Below the pieces are notes generated by a model. The model was given only the letters and a program-made list of their open reading frames with translations. It was not told where the DNA came from and ran no database searches. A stretch of 64,000 nucleotides of DNA from Amphiscolops sp. MND2022 (taxonomy: Eukaryota): the NCBI GenBank assembly GCA_964187785.1, contig OZ076409.1, positions 8,000,001 through 8,064,000 of the forward strand. Reading direction: 5' to 3'. How positions within the stretch are numbered: position 1 is the stretch's first letter; every line of letters starts with the position of its first letter. The translations under genes and the position numbers were made by a program. Shown here one piece after another: positions 1 to 13,020 of this stretch.

Positions 1-261
1 TTTTTCTTTATAAATGTTGGTTATCTATGTATATTAGAATAGTTTGATATTAGAATCATTTGCTACAAAGACGTTACAGCATGAAGTTGCTACAATAGAG
101 GAGATTTTAAAATATAATCCTTCCGTTTATAGAAACCAAGTCAAAATAGAACAACACGAAAAAAATTAAACTTGGTTTATTCAGGTAGATTCGTCAACTT
201 GCTGACAACAGACCAAAATCAAAAACTCAAAGTCAAAATTTGGAGTTTTCAACTCAAATGA

Positions 262-590
262 TCAATTAACAGCTCGATTTGGAGAAATCTCGAAAGGACT
301 GGGTACCATAAGTGTCATCTCTGCGTCGGTGAAAGCTTTGGCCCATATTTGGTCTGTCAAATTCTTATCCAAGATACTGTGTAAGACCCATATTCTGTGG
401 AAACTTCCAGGCAACTTCTCAAATTTTTTAATATCTTCGACATTGCGTAACATTGTCCGTTTTGTTTGTAGAGGTGGAAAGTTGTTGGCCACAATTTTGA
501 CGAGTAAAAATTTGGGTGCAAATTCGGTGGGCGTCAATTCATCTCTATTGTCAAGAAATGTTGTATGTTTGGTATTTACGTTCATTGTGA
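262..590 (-). pseudogene. Coding fragment resembling the uncharacterised N-terminal domain of some bacterial/fungal alginate-lyase-family proteins; apparently disrupted
   Basis: Translation KFLLVKIVANNFPPLQTKRTMLRNVEDIKKFEKLPGSFHRIWVLHSILD recalls the motif 'LYRIxGNDLPPRH..GQ...Nl.FIL..E.......K.WVLNRI.D'. The upstream part of ORF 262..828 is repeat-derived (600-900), and stops follow at 262. Confidence 0.35.
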
Positions 591-1028
591 TGAGTTGAAA
601 TTTATTTCTTATCTCCAATTGAGAATATATTGGAAAAAATTGTTGAAAAAAATGGGAACTTTGTCCAAACTGATGAAAGTATACAGATATAAACTTCGTT
701 GACGCCATTTTTCCCCATGAAGTCACGCATTCTTGATCAAAATTCAACAACTTCCTGTTTTTAGTCGCAAAAAAAAACTTAATTTTCAACATTTTCACTG
801 CCAAAATGTGTGAAAAATATTTGTTCAAACGAAAACTATCCCAATAGAACTTAACTTCCTGTTATGGGAAAAACTTCACTTCGAATTCAACAAGTTTGAA
901 ATTTTTTGTAAATTCAAAGAGAACCCCCAAAGAAGTTTGATGGTGGGTGAACAAACATGAAAGAGTCCAAAATTCACAGTTATATCAAATTTAATTGGCT
1001 GAGAACGTCATAGGGGACGATTTCTCAA

Positions 1029-1301
1029 TCACAGTACTGTATGTCTTGACACCTCAATGAAGGCTGATGAATAATAAAAAAAGACTAATACAATTTCAAA
1101 AGTTGAACGTAAATACAATCGTTTCTCGTCCGCTTCGCGAAAGTGTTGCTGAAATTCTTTAACGCCATTGAAATGAGGCGTTTGGCTATAGGTGCGATTA
1201 GAGGGTTTTTGAAAGTACAAACCAGAAAACAGAAAGTAAAAGCCAGAAAATATAATAATAGCAATCACTGGGCACAGTAAGTTGTATCTTCTCTTGTCCA
1301 T
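1029..1301 (-). CDS. Possible 5' exon of a type II membrane protein (short basic N-terminus + one TM + stem)
   Basis: MDKRRYNLLCPVIAIIIFSGFYFLFSGLYFQK: ATG start, basic residues, ~22-aa hydrophobic run. The ORF ends inside a MITE terminus at ~1010-1035. Confidence 0.35.
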   Translation of the reverse strand: MDKRRYNLLCPVIAIIIFSGFYFLFSGLYFQKPSNRTYSQTPHFNGVKEFQQHFREADEKRLYLRSTFEIVLVFFYYSSAFIEVSRHTVL

Positions 1302-1315
1302 TGGTGGCTAAAGCT

Positions 1316-1737
1316 TGGCTCTTTTCTGCCCCCCCCCTTCCCAAAAAATAAAGTAAATTTCTTTAAGTAGAAAAAATCCCTAAAAATTTCAGACGAACCT
1401 AATTCACTAAAAGTAAAACCTTTTTTCGTAACAGGAAGTTAACGTCTATTAGAATAGTTTTTGTTTGTAGAAAACGTTGTTCACACATTTTGACTGTGAT
1501 TATATTCAAATAAACTGTTTTTTTGACTCAAAACAGGAAGCTGTTGAGTTTGTTAACAAGAATGCGTGACTTCATAATCAAAAATAGTGTGCACAAAGTT
1601 TGTATCTCAATTCCGAGCTGTCACTCTGGGAACACATTTAAATTGAAGGTTTCTGGTTTGTATTCAAATCTTTTTGTTATAAGATTTTCACTACTTTTCG
1701 AAACAAAAATGGAGGTTAGGGGGTTTAGAAAAGAGCC
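1316..1737. mobile_element. MITE with GGCTCTTTTC...GAAAAGAGCC TIRs (Merlin-like family)
   Basis: TIRs followed by C/G runs. The internal core (aacaggaagttaacgtctatt...cacacattttgactg) recurs at ~600-900, 11880-12235, 51607-51996 and 57970-58290. Confidence 0.6.
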
Positions 1738-2309
1738 TATAGTTTCCGTAACAAACCAGTTATTTGAGCCAAACTGTGGATCAGGGTCTCAAACAAATCG
1801 TTGATGCAATTATACTAGATTGACAAAATGTTGGCAAAACTATCATTTTACGCTGGGAATGTTGTGTAGAGTTGAATCATGTAGGATCGATCGAAAGTTA
1901 GCAAAGTTATGTAGGATCGAATTGTGTCTTTATTTTGTTTACGATCGAAAGAGGTGGAAATTTCATTACTACCACACCTTTCATAATGTGCCCTGAATAC
2001 AGGAGGCCCTAAATATTGTGCCCTACATTTCCTATACAGGAGCGAAGCGGAGCGACGTGCCACTACTTGACCAGCGACCGGTTTTGACGATGACGGAACT
2101 AGCTGGGCGGAAGTACAAAGGCCGAGTCATACAATCAATTTTGGTTTCTGAATTGATAATAAAATTATCATTTTCGATCCGACATGATTCGATTCTAAAT
2201 ACTTCGATTCTAAATAATTTGTTGCAATTTTCTATTGGACTCTGAAGAGGCCACTCGACCCATTATAGTTCCTTTATACGTATAGGTCCATAATAATTCC
2301 TATTGAATA

Positions 2310-3244
2310 CCCGGGTTGACCCTCCATGGACATCGTAGTAAGATCTTGGCAAGATCTTGTCAAGACCTTAAAACAATCTTGGCTAAGATCTCGTCAAGAT
2401 CTTGCAATGGTATTCATTTTGTCATGATAAGATCTTATCAAGAGAGCCATGTTCCCAAGTAAAATTTTATTGTAAAATCCTAATTGGCTAGGAAGGAAGT
2501 CAACAAAAATCCACATCTATGCAGATTTACATTGTTAGACATGACAACTTTCTGTTAGCAAGGAATAAAGTTTGATTGAAGAGTCCTCACGTTGTATATT
2601 TAGGGAGGCACTGATTAAATTGTTCTGTCAATTGCAAAACAGTCACCAATAACGGCGTGAGAAAAGCCTCGAGCTGAATCATTACCCAAACCGCGGCAAT
2701 GACCGCCGTTACCATCAGTAAAAGGGCTGCTGAAACAGTCTCAAAGCAAGCTGGAGTTATGAATTGACAAAATTATAACCGAATTTCTTAGTGTTCTTCG
2801 AGTAACGTTCCGATAGTGGCTTTGGACTATTGAGAGCATTTTTCTCCATCTCGGTACATTCGCATTTCTCAGTCGTAAACAGGTGAGGAGTTATTAGGAT
2901 TCTCGTCAGAATTCCGGAAGACAGAATACGTTATTGTAATTTTTCACAAATTTTTGCATGCAAATTTGTTTCAGCAGATTGAAGCAATTTGATTATGAAA
3001 ACGAGTAGAAATAGTCGTTGTTGGGTGAAATGGGCCTATAGATTGAGTCTCGGCTGTTTGTACCGAAAATATAGTGTTTTTTATAATCGTATCTTTTTAT
3101 AAGATACGATCTGGGAATAATGTATTGTCTTAGTATGATCTTAATAAAAATCTTGCCATGGGATCCATGGTTGCCAAGATGTAGTAAGAATTTGGCAAGA
3201 TCTTGCCAAGGCAGCTAAGATGCTAGTAAGGGGGTCAACCCGGG
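2310..3244. mobile_element. Non-autonomous DNA transposon, CCC...GGG termini, 2-bp TSD (EnSpm/CACTA-like)
   Basis: TIR CCCGGGTTGACCC / GGGTCAACCCGGG, flanked TA/TA; subterminal (c)aagatcttg repeats; inverted second copy at 49890-50861. Confidence 0.75.
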
Positions 3245-3320
3245 TAGTTATTTCGACACAATGGAAGTACGATGTCTCCGAAAATCCGTCGCTTGTTTCA
3301 GTTTTAAGAAAGTAAAACAA

Positions 3321-4190
3321 AACCAGAGCCGCATATGCGGTAAAGGAGTCGGCTTAAGTCTTTTTCCTTCTGACTCGCTTTCGTTCGAATCGTATGAACA
3401 GTTTGTGAGAAAATCGAAAAAATCGAAAAATGACCGTTTTTTGGCCATTTTTGGGCTAATTTTGGCTATGTTTCTCACATCCCAGCCATACGATTTTGAT
3501 GCCATTGCACATATAGGACTCTAATATGGTGTAGAATAACTGTAGAAAATTTCGTTCAAATCGTATGGACAGTTTTTGAGAAAAGCGAAAAAAGTCGAAA
3601 AATGGCTGTTTTTTGGCCATTTTTGGGCTAATTTTGGCTATGATTCTCACACCCCAGCCATACGATTTTGATGCCATTGCACATATAGGACTCTAATATG
3701 GTGTAGAATAACTGTAGAAAATTTCGTTCAAATCGTATGGACAGTTTTTGAGAAAAGCGAAAAAAGTCGAAAAATGGCTGTTTTTTGGCCATTTTTGGGC
3801 TAATTTTGGCTTTGTTTCTCACATCCCAGCCAAACGATTTTGATGCCATTGCACATATAGGACTCTAATATGGTGTAGAATAACTGTAGAAAATTTCGTT
3901 TGAATCGTATGGACAGTTTTTGAGAAAAGCGAAAAAAGTCGAAAAATGGCTGTTTTTTGGCCATTTTTGGGCTAATTTTGGCTTTGTTTCTCACATCCCA
4001 GCCATACCTATTTTGATGCCTTCGCACACGCAGGGGCCCCTTTGGGTGTAGAATGACTGTGCAAAATTTCGTGAAAATCGTATGGACAGTTTTTGAGAAA
4101 TTTGAAATTTTCATTAAAAGGTCGGGAGAAAAAAAAACAGAAAAAAGCACGATTGCATAAGTAGTCGAAATTTTTTTCCGACTCCTAAAA
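3321..4190 (+). mobile_element. Helentron-associated (HINE/DINE-1-like) element carrying an internal 172-bp tandem array
   Basis: Subterminal IR AGGAGTCGG (3344-3352) / CCGACTCCT (4178-4186); terminal palindrome CCGCATATGCGG; stem AGTCG...CGACT at the other end; A-rich flanks. Confidence 0.65.
3378..4100. repeat. 172-bp tandem repeat, ~4 units
   Basis: Near-identical units; ORF-track ORFs 3456/3628/3800 are offset by exactly 172 nt. Confidence 0.95.
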
Positions 4191-5692
4191 TCTGAATGTA
4201 AAATTTTTTCGTAACGTCGACAGCACTAAAATTAGCTAAAATTTACTAAAACGATGGAAGAAACCTTTCCATTAAACTTACGTTTATTTGCATAGTTTGT
4301 TTTCTCCATAAATTTATCAATATGTTTGTATGAAAAACTTCTTTTGCATTCATTTATGTACGCATGAGGAAGTTTTATCAACATGCTTTAAAACTGACAC
4401 GTCCTTCATGCAGAACCACAGTGTGTTTAACGTTTAAAAACGATTATTCTTTTGGCAAGCGGAAACGGCATACAACACCACGACAAGCCGCTGCAAGAAT
4501 GCTCCGTATTGTAACTGATGCTCAATCCAGTGCATAGCTGACAAAAAACAATTCAGTTCTAAAAGACCTGTTGTGACAAAAGCAGAAAACGGTACGCAGC
4601 TTGAAATCGTGAAAACATAACTGAACAAAAATTTTGAAAGCATGAAGACAATTAGACGTCGAAAACTTGAGCAACTGAAAAGTTCAAGCACCAAAGCCGG
4701 AGAACTTTGATATTTCTCGAATATTTTCAAAAATAAGTTAGCACAAGGAAAACAAATCCACCACAAAATCATCAAAAATTGTTTTGTTATCTAAGTTTTT
4801 TTAAAGTAGAGAGTTATATTGTCAAAAGCTACAGCGTTGTTGTTGAACATTCTCTGAGTTCTTTAGGAACGAACAAAAGATGTAACGGCAAGCTGTTGTC
4901 GGTCACTTAACGCGTAAGCAGAAGTGGAGGGACCTGCAGAAATTGGTAAATCGCTCGGGACGAACAGGCGTCCATCACCAAAGATCCATTTCGCCTCCAG
5001 GGGTGAAAAACGTCCCGGGCCTTGGGTGCTTCGAAGAATACTGTCCAAAAGGTCCTAGTCGTTGGTTGCTAATAGTAACGGGCATCTTCCTGACTATCTA
5101 AAGACCACCACTTCACTAGCACATAAAAACAATGCCGAAAATAAGGTAAATTTCCAGTTCCAGGGTAACATCGGAATAACATTTAAAATTGCCAAAACTA
5201 GTTCTCGGGCTAGCAAATACAGCTAAAAACAGTGAAAATACAGTATAACTCGCATATATATGGCAGACCATGCAGCTACAAGGTGGGTTGCAGGAGCTCC
5301 GAGTACCAAACAAGAATCTTTAGGCGAAAAGACTCATTTTAACGGTTTCCGCTACACAAAGGGTAGCATAATGCTAAAAAACGAAAAAAAACGGGTGTCA
5401 GCACCAAAAAAGAGTCTTTCTATGAGTTTTTACAGTCTATATGGGCGCTCGGGTCATCTCGTTCTCTGTGTTCTCGCTCGGTCTGCTCTCGTCTTCGTTT
5501 TGCATTGCAAATGGCGAAAACAGCAAAGAGAGCCATCACATGCTCAGTGCCACATCACACATTGATTGAGAACTTTTCAACAATTTTCTGAACATTGATT
5601 TTGCTATACCAGAGGGTGCCGTTACAAGAGCTTAAAGACAAAATAAATTACCCACAAGTCAACTACAACTGTATAATTTAGCCAGAAAGAAC

Positions 5693-6525
5693 CTAAATGT
5701 TCAATCCTTTTACTGTTTTCTCTTTTGTTTGTATGTACACTGACATAATCCGGGTGATTCGCTCATTGTATTCTCGGTAAAGTTTCTTCTGAAGAGCAGG
5801 GTTTCTCCTTGCAAATGTCGCGAAATGTTCATATGACTGTTTTTTTTCAACTTCTCGAATATTCTGAAAGACTTTCCACAAGTTTAGATTCCTTGTGCCA
5901 TATTTTTTCCACAGCATGTTCCAGTTATCGCACAACTTGGTTGTTCGGAATGTCACATGTCCGTCAAAAACGGTCCATATCTCTATTATGATGAGTCCAA
6001 AAACCCAAACGTGCGAACTATGATCCAGACTGTTTTCGATTTTTGGGAACAGAAAAACTAAAAATCGGCACTCTTTCTTGAAATGTTGGAATTTTGACAA
6101 TAGTTCACATAAAGGCAAAAAGGCCAAGCTGAATAACATCCGTACACGATTTTGGAAATCCTGTTGATCCAAATATGGCGTCGTCAAGCCAAATTCTTGT
6201 TTTTTTTATGTATACATGGGGAATGATAGAATCAGCAGACCAAATGTTCAACAAACGGAAAGGTAATTTGGATAGCGGCAATAACTCCTATTCAAAATCG
6301 GTCATTGTTTTTTCTGGCATCATATGGATATAAAGCAACAGGTGACATTTTTAGTTGATAACAATGAAACTGTTATTCTGAAGCTTGTTCATATATTGCT
6401 TGTCATTTTTTCACCGAGCAATCCCGAAATGATAGGGATGTTGTATTCGTCTACCGATCCAAAAATTGTAGTATTTGTTGGAAAGGTGGAGGAGCCGTCT
6501 TGAAAGTGCCATCCGACGACATAAC
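5693..6525 (-). pseudogene. Mutator/MULE transposase fossil
   Basis: Minus-strand remnants MSSDGTFKTAPPPF (~6480-6522), TMTDFE (~6290-6310), and RVRMLFSLAFLP...WTVFD...RTTKLCDNWN typical of MULE DDE transposases; multiple stops and frameshifts. Confidence 0.8.
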
Positions 6526-7557
6526 GATACATATGCCGCAACGAACTAGCAAGATCTTGCTAGTTCGATTAACAGTCAAGAGAAACGCGGTATTATTTCT
6601 GATACGCGTTACGAGTTTTTCTCGATACACTGTGTGATTTGGCGTTACGCGTAGTGATCAAACTACAGTAAATGACTACTTTACACTCTCTACAATTACG
6701 TACTTTGACTGGTTTCCACTTCACACACGATGACGGAAAATGATTGTTTACATTAACCTGGTACACATTTTGACTGGAATTCACTTTAAAAGTGAAAAAC
6801 AATCAAAGTGTGTAAGTTAGTGATAACTTCGACTGTTTTCCACTCTGAAGCATTCGACAGTTTCTTTCAAACCTGGTACACATTTTGAGTGGAATTCACT
6901 TTGACAAAGTGTGTAAGTTAGTGACACCTGAACATGTATTATAAATAGGACGCCTACTATTCGGCTGAATCTAGGACAACCGCTCAGTCACTCGACTAAA
7001 ATACTCAATTATGTGGAAGCATTTAGCTTGGAAACTGCAAAGCAGCAAAAATGGTAAAAGAATTTGGTTCCAAAATGTTAAATTTTCAATTACTTGTCAC
7101 AAAGATCAACAATTCCAAATACTAAACCTAAAGATTTAAAAAAGGTTTACAATGAATTAACACGAAATGGAATAAACGGTCTTCAACATGTGAATACCCA
7201 ACAGGAGCCATATCTACTGTATCTGGGAGCTCTTTGTCACCCTTTTGTTTTGTGAGCCCCCCAATGGATGTACCCAAGATTTAGCGTTCTCTGACGATTC
7301 TCTGAAACATATGCAGAAAACATAGTACATTGAGGATACCCATGTGAATTCAAGCATGTAATCATATAAATAGTGTACATGTAAACCAGTCAAAGTGAAT
7401 AGTGTGAAACCGTCAACCTAATCAGCGACTGCAATTACAATGTGAAGCGTTTTTGTTCAATAAGAAAGCAATACGATATAACGTTTCTTTGGTGTAAAGT
7501 AGTCAAACTTTGATCACTTTCCCCGTTTTCAATGAATGATACTTCTTATTACTAAAA

Positions 7558-7709
7558 AAGTGAATTCTAGCCAAACATTGACTAATTTACGTGGTACATA
7601 GCTCTAAGTACTCGACAAGTGAATTCTAGGCAAACATTGACTAATTTACGTGGTAGATAGCTCTAAGTACTCGAAAAGTGAATTCTAGTCAAACATTGAC
7701 TAATTTACG
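7558..7709. repeat. 59-bp tandem repeat, ~2.5 units
   Basis: gtgaattctagNcaaacattgactaatttacg starts at 7560, 7619 and 7678. Confidence 0.9.
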
Positions 7710-8001
7710 GTTTATACACGTTAAGGAATTGAGCCAATTGTAGGTTGAAATTCTTGACTTGTTTCCACTTTTCTCTAATTACGCTCAATGACCACAATCC
7801 GCACTTTCTGATTACACTGTGCATCAAAATTCACGATGAACACATTGCACTGTTTGACTAGATTACGGTTCGTTCTCGTTTTACTGAAAATACACTTTAT
7901 ACTTGATGATAAATTGCACTTTTGCGGCACATGTATCGTAATTGAATTGAATTTTGAACGAAGACGAAATTCGGTTCCTTGTTTAGTGGCGAAAATTGGC
8001 G

Positions 8002-8636
8002 TTTTTAGTCGGCGCATTTTCCTTTAGAGAAAAAAGCCCGACTATTACAGTGGCTAGTTTTTTTTTCTTTTTTTTTCGTCAGACCACAGAGCTCATCGCG
8101 TATCTACCACTTTTTACAGAAACTGATAAGTTCACTCAGGCCAAATTCGACCAATGCAAACTTACTGCAAAGGGTCCCCCCTTTCGTTATTTACCTTTTT
8201 ACGTAACCTACAAAACCGGAAGACTCCAAAGGGTCCCCCCTTTCAATTTTTTTTCGGCACTGTGCGAATTTTTTTTCGAAAATTTTTATTGTTTCAAAAG
8301 AGTCCCCCATTCGGATTTTTTGATATTTTGCAACAGAAAGTATTTTAATGAATCCCAAATGGTCCCCCCTTTTCATTTTTTGGCACTATGCGACGTTTTC
8401 GAAGTATTTTTTAAAAAAAAATTCCAAAAAAATTTTTTTTTGGAAAATTTTCAAAATTTTTTTTGTTTCCAGTCGAGAAAAGTGATTTTCCAGTCATATC
8501 GAGCATGAAAGGCACACTTTGGGTGTCTCGAAAGTGTTTTCAAAGCTTTCCATGAATACATCCTGGGCATATTTAGAAAACTCTGCGCTTTTTGAGCCTT
8601 AGATATAGCGCCGACTTTAGACGTTCCCGTCTTGTT
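8002..8636 (-). mobile_element. HINE/DINE-1-like interspersed element (family A)
   Basis: Ends TTTTAGTCGGCGC...GCCCGACTA and AGCGCCGACTTTAGACGTTCCCGTCTTGTT; internal gggtcccccc subrepeats; many copies in the window. Confidence 0.7.
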
Positions 8637-9133
8637 CCCTCTTGATGCAATGAAAGTTGTTTACGTTGTTTACTATCACTTGTAATTGCCATTTTGCACT
8701 TGAATACTAACCTTTTCAAACGTTTTAGATCTTTTGGTAGACTATTCTGACGCTTACAAACTGAACTAGGTCGAATTTGTTGTTACTCAGTGGGATGAAA
8801 TTTGTATTTCAGGAATTTTTTCAACGTCAGTTTCATGAAAGATGCTCGATGGACCGACGGTGTTTTGGCGGTTTTGGCTAGGATATTTTGTACAAAAATT
8901 TGCTCTACAACTGTGTCGTCTGTGGGTTTATGGGAATGGGCGCTCAGATATTTCATATTCATTTTAGAGAATATCTTTTATATTGCTGAAATACTAAAAG
9001 TTGCAAAAACAACGGGAAAATTGTGTTAAATGTGAAAAATGATAATTTTAAATAGATCTAAAATAGCGTCAAAATTGTGAAACGTTAGTTGATTATCCCT
9101 GACTGCGGCAGTAGAGCAGCGTAATCCAGAATC

Positions 9134-9338
9134 GGATCTTTTCTGTCAATCCCCCCCCCCCCACAGTAAGCGCGGAAATTTTAATTCCCCACCACTATCC
9201 CGATGAGTTTCAGTTTCAGTTAGAGTTATAAAATACTGCAATTTGATTGGTTGTTACTATTAATTCAATGATAATTTCTCTTGGCCTCTTAACTGGGGGG
9301 GGGATTAAATTGGTGGGGGGAATTAACAGAAAAGATCC
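9134..9338. mobile_element. MITE, GGATCTTTTCTGT TIR, ~8-bp TSD (Merlin-like)
   Basis: TIR GGATCTTTTCTGT/ACAGAAAAGATCC; flanks CCAGAATC / CCACAATC; related inverted sequence at ~53050-53205. Confidence 0.65.
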
Positions 9339-10558
9339 CCACAATCTTTTGTTATGCATCTGTAGTACTGAACATCAGCGTGTTTTTTACTTTTTGCGAA
9401 CAAAAATCTACCAATTTGCAAGTTAAAGCCACGTGTTTTTGCTTTGATGTTACGATAGTCCATTAAATCTTTGAGGTTTTGAGAATTAGAAAGCAATTTG
9501 ATTCACATGGCTTCTGAAAATGACTCAGAATCCATGACTCGGAGTCCTGAATTGAGTTTAACTTTCAACTAATTTCAGCCAATGAGAGCGCTTGTTGCTG
9601 TTTTCTGGTTGGTGAACAACTCTATTCGATTACTGCATGCAACGTTTTCTGTTTAGGGAACGAGAACCGTCAGGTGGGGCATCTGAGCGAACGACGGTGA
9701 GAGCAACACCGGATTCCCACATCTATCAATTCTACTGACGTTATGAGTCTAGACATTTATATTAAAACTACAGATCTGACAAAATGAGAACCAATGTCCC
9801 ATGGAAGAAATGGTGGAAGTACCTATTGCGTTTTAATAAGTACTGCAAACAAAAATTACACTGCTTAAGAACGCAAGCATCGCGCCAAGTCGACGTTAGG
9901 TCCACTATCGTTTTTAACGAAAGTATCTAGATAGCACAATTTGATTGGCAAGAATACGTTGCGGACGACGCGTCAACTGGACATCTGGGTGCTTTTTTGT
10001 TTCTCTTGTTGGAAACTTCCCTTCAATGCAAGTATTAAACCACATCCTGAATATTGCGTGGCTTTACCTGATTCACGTCACCTTGAAGAAACCTATTCAA
10101 CTAAACCCTAAACATTTAATTACAATGAATAACAATGTACATAATGTCGAATACTTGAGGTCGGCATTTACCTCAACGCAGTCTGAACATCCATTTACAA
10201 ACGATGACACTGCGGGAAAGAGTTTGCAATGAGTTTTTCTCCCAGCATTAACCAACTTATATTATCATCGCCGGCGCCAGCATGTAACTTGAAAGACATG
10301 TAACATCAGCCACCTAATTTCCTTAGCGCAGGTGAAATCAGCGTTGTAAAAATATATGTTAAAAATATATGTTCATAAAAATAATTTTAGAATAATGACT
10401 CCCTTAAAAATAGGTATTTTCATTAGAAAGAATTTATATTTATCAAATTAAGTAACAACGTCATCAACATTTTTATTGTTCCATGAACGTGTGTTAGCAA
10501 ATAGTTGCGAAATGCATTGACACCACTTGTTTTTCTTTTCTCGTCAAGTGTCAGCTTT

Positions 10559-11352
10559 CCCACGTTTTCGATCTTTGCGAATCTGTGCAGAAATGCTGGA
10601 TTTTTCTTCAGGGTTCTGCGAAGATCGTTGCACTGAATAATCTTGAAGATCCGTACAGATCTGCAAGATCCTTACAGAAGTGTGCAGATTTTCTTTGAAG
10701 ATTTTTGCATAAGTTTGTTTTTCTGCAGCTTCTAAGGAACCAATATTCTGCATTTTTGGACTATTTTATCGAGTATTTTAGCTGTCAATCAGTTGAAACT
10801 CTCCATCACTGAAAATTCTCGAGAAGGTCAGTTTGTCCCCATGATGGTAATTTTGGTGACTGGAGAAAGTGCGGTTTTGGTTAAACACCGTAATTTATCC
10901 ATTTCGCTTGAACATTCAAGTAGTGGTTGTTCAACTTTGAGAGGCTCGTTGGCCATATTGACTTCGTTTTGGGAGATAAAATTTTACATGTGGCAACCTT
11001 CTGGGTTGGTCGATGTGTTGATAAAGTGTTCTTGTTATAATATTTCCACAACATAGTTTGTAGGAGTATTTTTTAGTAATTGCAGTTAACTTGGAATACG
11101 TTATAGTAATTTATTGGTCCTTGTTTGGCTCTGTAAAGATCTGCAAAGATCTGTAATCTCTACGGATCTGTACAGATTGCTACAGAAAAATGTTTCATCA
11201 TATTGACATAAATGAGACTTCTCTCCAGTTTTAAACATTTTTTATTATTCGTTTGACATCGCTGTGGGGGTTTTATTGTGTTTCTGAGTATGTCAGTTTT
11301 TTTGATCCTGCAAAAGATCTCTGCAAAGATTCGCAAAGATCGAAAACCTGGG
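10559..11352. mobile_element. Non-autonomous CCC...GGG element with TT TSD (EnSpm/CACTA-like), nested in an older CAGGG-type MITE (~10339-11526)
   Basis: TIR CCCACGTTTTCGATCTTTGCGAATCT / AGATTCGCAAAGATCGAAAACCTGGG; subterminal gatctgcaa(a)gatc repeats. Confidence 0.75.
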
Positions 11353-12501
11353 TTGCAAGACTGAAGAGACTCTCTACAATATTAGAAGTGCGAGTGAACA
11401 TTGCAATGCTAGCTATACAAAACATTTATTCTAAAGAATCATTCAACCTTAAAATTAACGTATTTTTTGTTTGAGTTGAACAAAATATATATTTATTTAA
11501 GAATATAAATATTTTTTACAACCCTGGGTGCAATTAGTTGACGAGAATGCAAGTTCAAGAACTTATCGAAGATTACAAATTTAGTTCGACAACTAAACAT
11601 GCACTCGTTTAAACACGAAGAGATTTAAAGAAGACGGAACTTAAGTCGATCATAGTTTGAAAATATGACAGAATCAGAATTGTTCGGAGACGTTGTTGAA
11701 CATCGAGAACGAAAATGTTTAATCTGAGGTCCACTAATTACAGTGTATTAAGAATCTATCGAAACTAGTTGCGTATATTAATATTTTCATTTTGCTTCAG
11801 GTTAGTTTTTAAAGGAAATCATTTCCTTTAAATGATTTTTGAAAGAAATTCCCTTACAAACTTTAGACTAGCCTAATTAAAAGAAAACCTTTTTTCATAA
11901 CGGGAAGTTAACGTCTATTGGAACAATTTTCAGCTTGGACAAAACATTGTTCACACATTTTGACTCTAATTATGTTCGTATTAAGTGTTTATTGAGGACT
12001 CAAAACAGGAAGCTGTTGATTTTTTCATCAAAAAAAGCGTGACTGCATACGGAAAAAGAGTGAACAAAGTTTGTATTTGAATCCTAAACTGTCACCCTGA
12101 GAATAACTTTTAAATTGAAGCTTTCTGGTTGGTATTCAAATCTTTTTAATATAAGATTTTCATTAATTTTCCAAAAAAAATAATGGTGGTGGTGGTGGTG
12201 GTGGGGGGGGGGGTTATGGACAGAAAAGAGCCCATTTTTTCTGCCGTTTTTAAACTCAAGGCCCCCTTTGATTTTCTGCAAAAACGTTTTGTGATCTCAG
12301 AATGCCCATCATGGCGGTTTTTTGGCACTGTACGACCAATCACAAAATCCTTGAAAATAAATTTCCACTTTTTTGTTTTTGAGATTTCTGTTGAAAAAAA
12401 AACATTTTTGCGAGTCACAGGTAATCTCTTAGGTTATTTTATGGTCCTGTGGGAATGACGGGAGTTTTTTTAATTTTTTTTGGAGAAAATTGTTTGCGGT
12501 T

Positions 12502-13020
12502 TTTTAATCGGCGCTTTTCCTAAGAAAAGAGTCAACTATAGTCATGGTTTTTCGTCAGTGTTTTTTTCGATACACCTGAAGTGACCAAAATAGTTCTACC
12601 AAAAGTTCTACAAATTTTAAGAAGGCGCCAATTTGTACCTGTTGGCCCAGGGAACTGAACCAGAAAAAAACTTTTTCCTTTTCAGGTTCTTTGGCATTGT
12701 GAGACTTTTTCCGAAAACATAATTCCCAGAGGGTCCGCTTCAATTTTTTGATGTCTTGCGTTAGAATGGATGTTGAATAATCCCAAAGGTTCCCCCCTTT
12801 CAGTTTTTTGAGCATTGTGAGACTTTTTTTCACCAAAGGTCCCATTTCCATTTTTTGATGATTTGCGACAGAATGGATGAAACAGCTCAAAGTGTTCCCT
12901 GGCGCGAGATTCAATCCAACTTTTGGGTTTTTCGGATACTGTAGAAGAGAATACGTTGACATTATGAAGCAGTTTTGCTATTTTTGAGCCTCAGACGTCG
13001 ACTTGGACCGTTCTCGGCTT
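12502..13020 (-). mobile_element. Degenerate HINE family A copy
   Basis: tttaatcggcgcttttcctaagaaaagagtcaactata at one end and gtcgacttggaccgttctcggctt at the other. Confidence 0.55.

Noticed and set aside
3248..4150. Repeated ORFs (MASKSYGWDVR...) and array resembling a gene family or CRISPR
   Set aside because: They are translations of the 172-bp tandem repeat; there are no unique spacers and no cas genes, and the context is eukaryotic.
4300..5100. Possible transposase or exon remnants
   Set aside because: No diagnostic motif could be recognised.
7996..8508. 170-aa ORF and similar F/K-rich ORFs (12555, 15421, 36107, 38343)
   Set aside because: Spurious frames within HINE family A repeats.
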